Shown: positions 53,216-53,342 of the stretch, in pieces
Numbering within the stretch: position 1 is the stretch's first letter
Layout: every line of letters begins with the position of its first letter
Origin: Candidatus Parcubacteria bacterium
GTDB lineage: Bacteria > Patescibacteriota > Minisyncoccia > Phycocordibacterales > UBA5272
Direction of reading: 5' to 3'
DNA: 53,342 bases
Assembly: GCA_039796775.1 (NCBI GenBank)
Contig: JBDKJD010000005.1
Coordinates: 1 to 53,342 of the forward strand
Position numbers and translations under genes: made by a program
Notes under the pieces: model-generated
Databases searched by the model: none
The model's input: only the letters and a program-made list of their open reading frames with translations
Told to the model about the DNA's origin: nothing

Positions 53216-53342
53216 CCAGTAACCAGTAACCAGTAACCAGTAACCAGTAACCAGTAACCAGTAACCAGTAACCAGTAACCAGTAACCAGTAACCAGTAAC
53301 CAGTAACCAGTAACCAGTAACCAGTAACCAGTAACCAGTAAC
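53216..53342 (+). repeat. (CCAGTAA)x18 perfect tandem heptamer array running to the window end
   Basis: Direct reading shows 127 nt with no interruption. Confidence 0.95.

Noticed and set aside
53216-53342. Could the tandem arrays (here, and at 3949-3996 and 50557-50593) be CRISPR arrays?
   Set aside because: The units are 7 nt and directly abutting, with no spacers. No cas genes are in the window. They are simple tandem repeats.

Overview
This is a 53.3 kb, gene-dense, low-GC bacterial window. By eye it is about 30-40% G+C, with a few patches near 55-65%. It uses the standard genetic code: TAA, TAG and TGA all end ORFs, and an RF2 gene is present. Gene content points by inference to a reduced-genome CPR/Patescibacteria-like organism. 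The evidence is a split transketolase, a short RF2 with no frameshift, a hinge-less short SMC, a truncated ATP synthase delta subunit, and many small membrane or hypothetical genes.

Recognisable content:
- An ABC-2 exporter pair.
- A sugar-phosphate cluster: gap, rpiB, an rpe-like gene, tkt N and C halves, a PfkB kinase, class II fba and malic enzyme.
- tgt, uvrB and mnmA.
- A divergent metal-homeostasis locus: a ZIP transporter, a nicotianamine-synthase-like enzyme and a Cys-rich unknown on one side, and a Fur/Zur-family regulator with a His-tailed YibE/F protein on the other.
- bcp, a SIMPL-domain protein, a DsbA-like protein and a YciB-like protein.
- A complete F1Fo ATP synthase operon (a, c, b, delta, alpha, gamma, beta, epsilon).
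- uppP facing a PAP2 phosphatase, then smc and rnr.
- Two tandem histidine-kinase plus receiver-only response-regulator pairs.
- rpsP, a KH-domain protein and trmD.
- A tRNA-Thr(GGU) split by a 199-nt group I intron, with a Fic-domain gene starting 9 nt downstream of it.
- rarA, a cytidylyltransferase and prfB.

The most striking signal not explained by gene annotation is a family of heptamer-periodic tracts that carry TAG or TAA in the sense orientation of the adjacent gene.
- They sit immediately before start codons that lack a Shine-Dalgarno sequence.
- They also start at, or straddle, stop codons.
- They occur as inverted pairs around a four-helix-bundle (23S-IVS/Avd-type) gene and around a terminator.
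- They are embedded in frame inside trmD and tgt.
- They form an 18-copy CCAGTAA array that runs off the window end.

Three GC-rich patches look foreign: 11.9-14.0 kb, 39.3-39.9 kb and 42.1-43.0 kb. They carry orphan genes, including a frameshifted HD-domain pseudogene.

All calls rest on reading the sequence and ORF translations by eye. No searches, folding or statistics were run.
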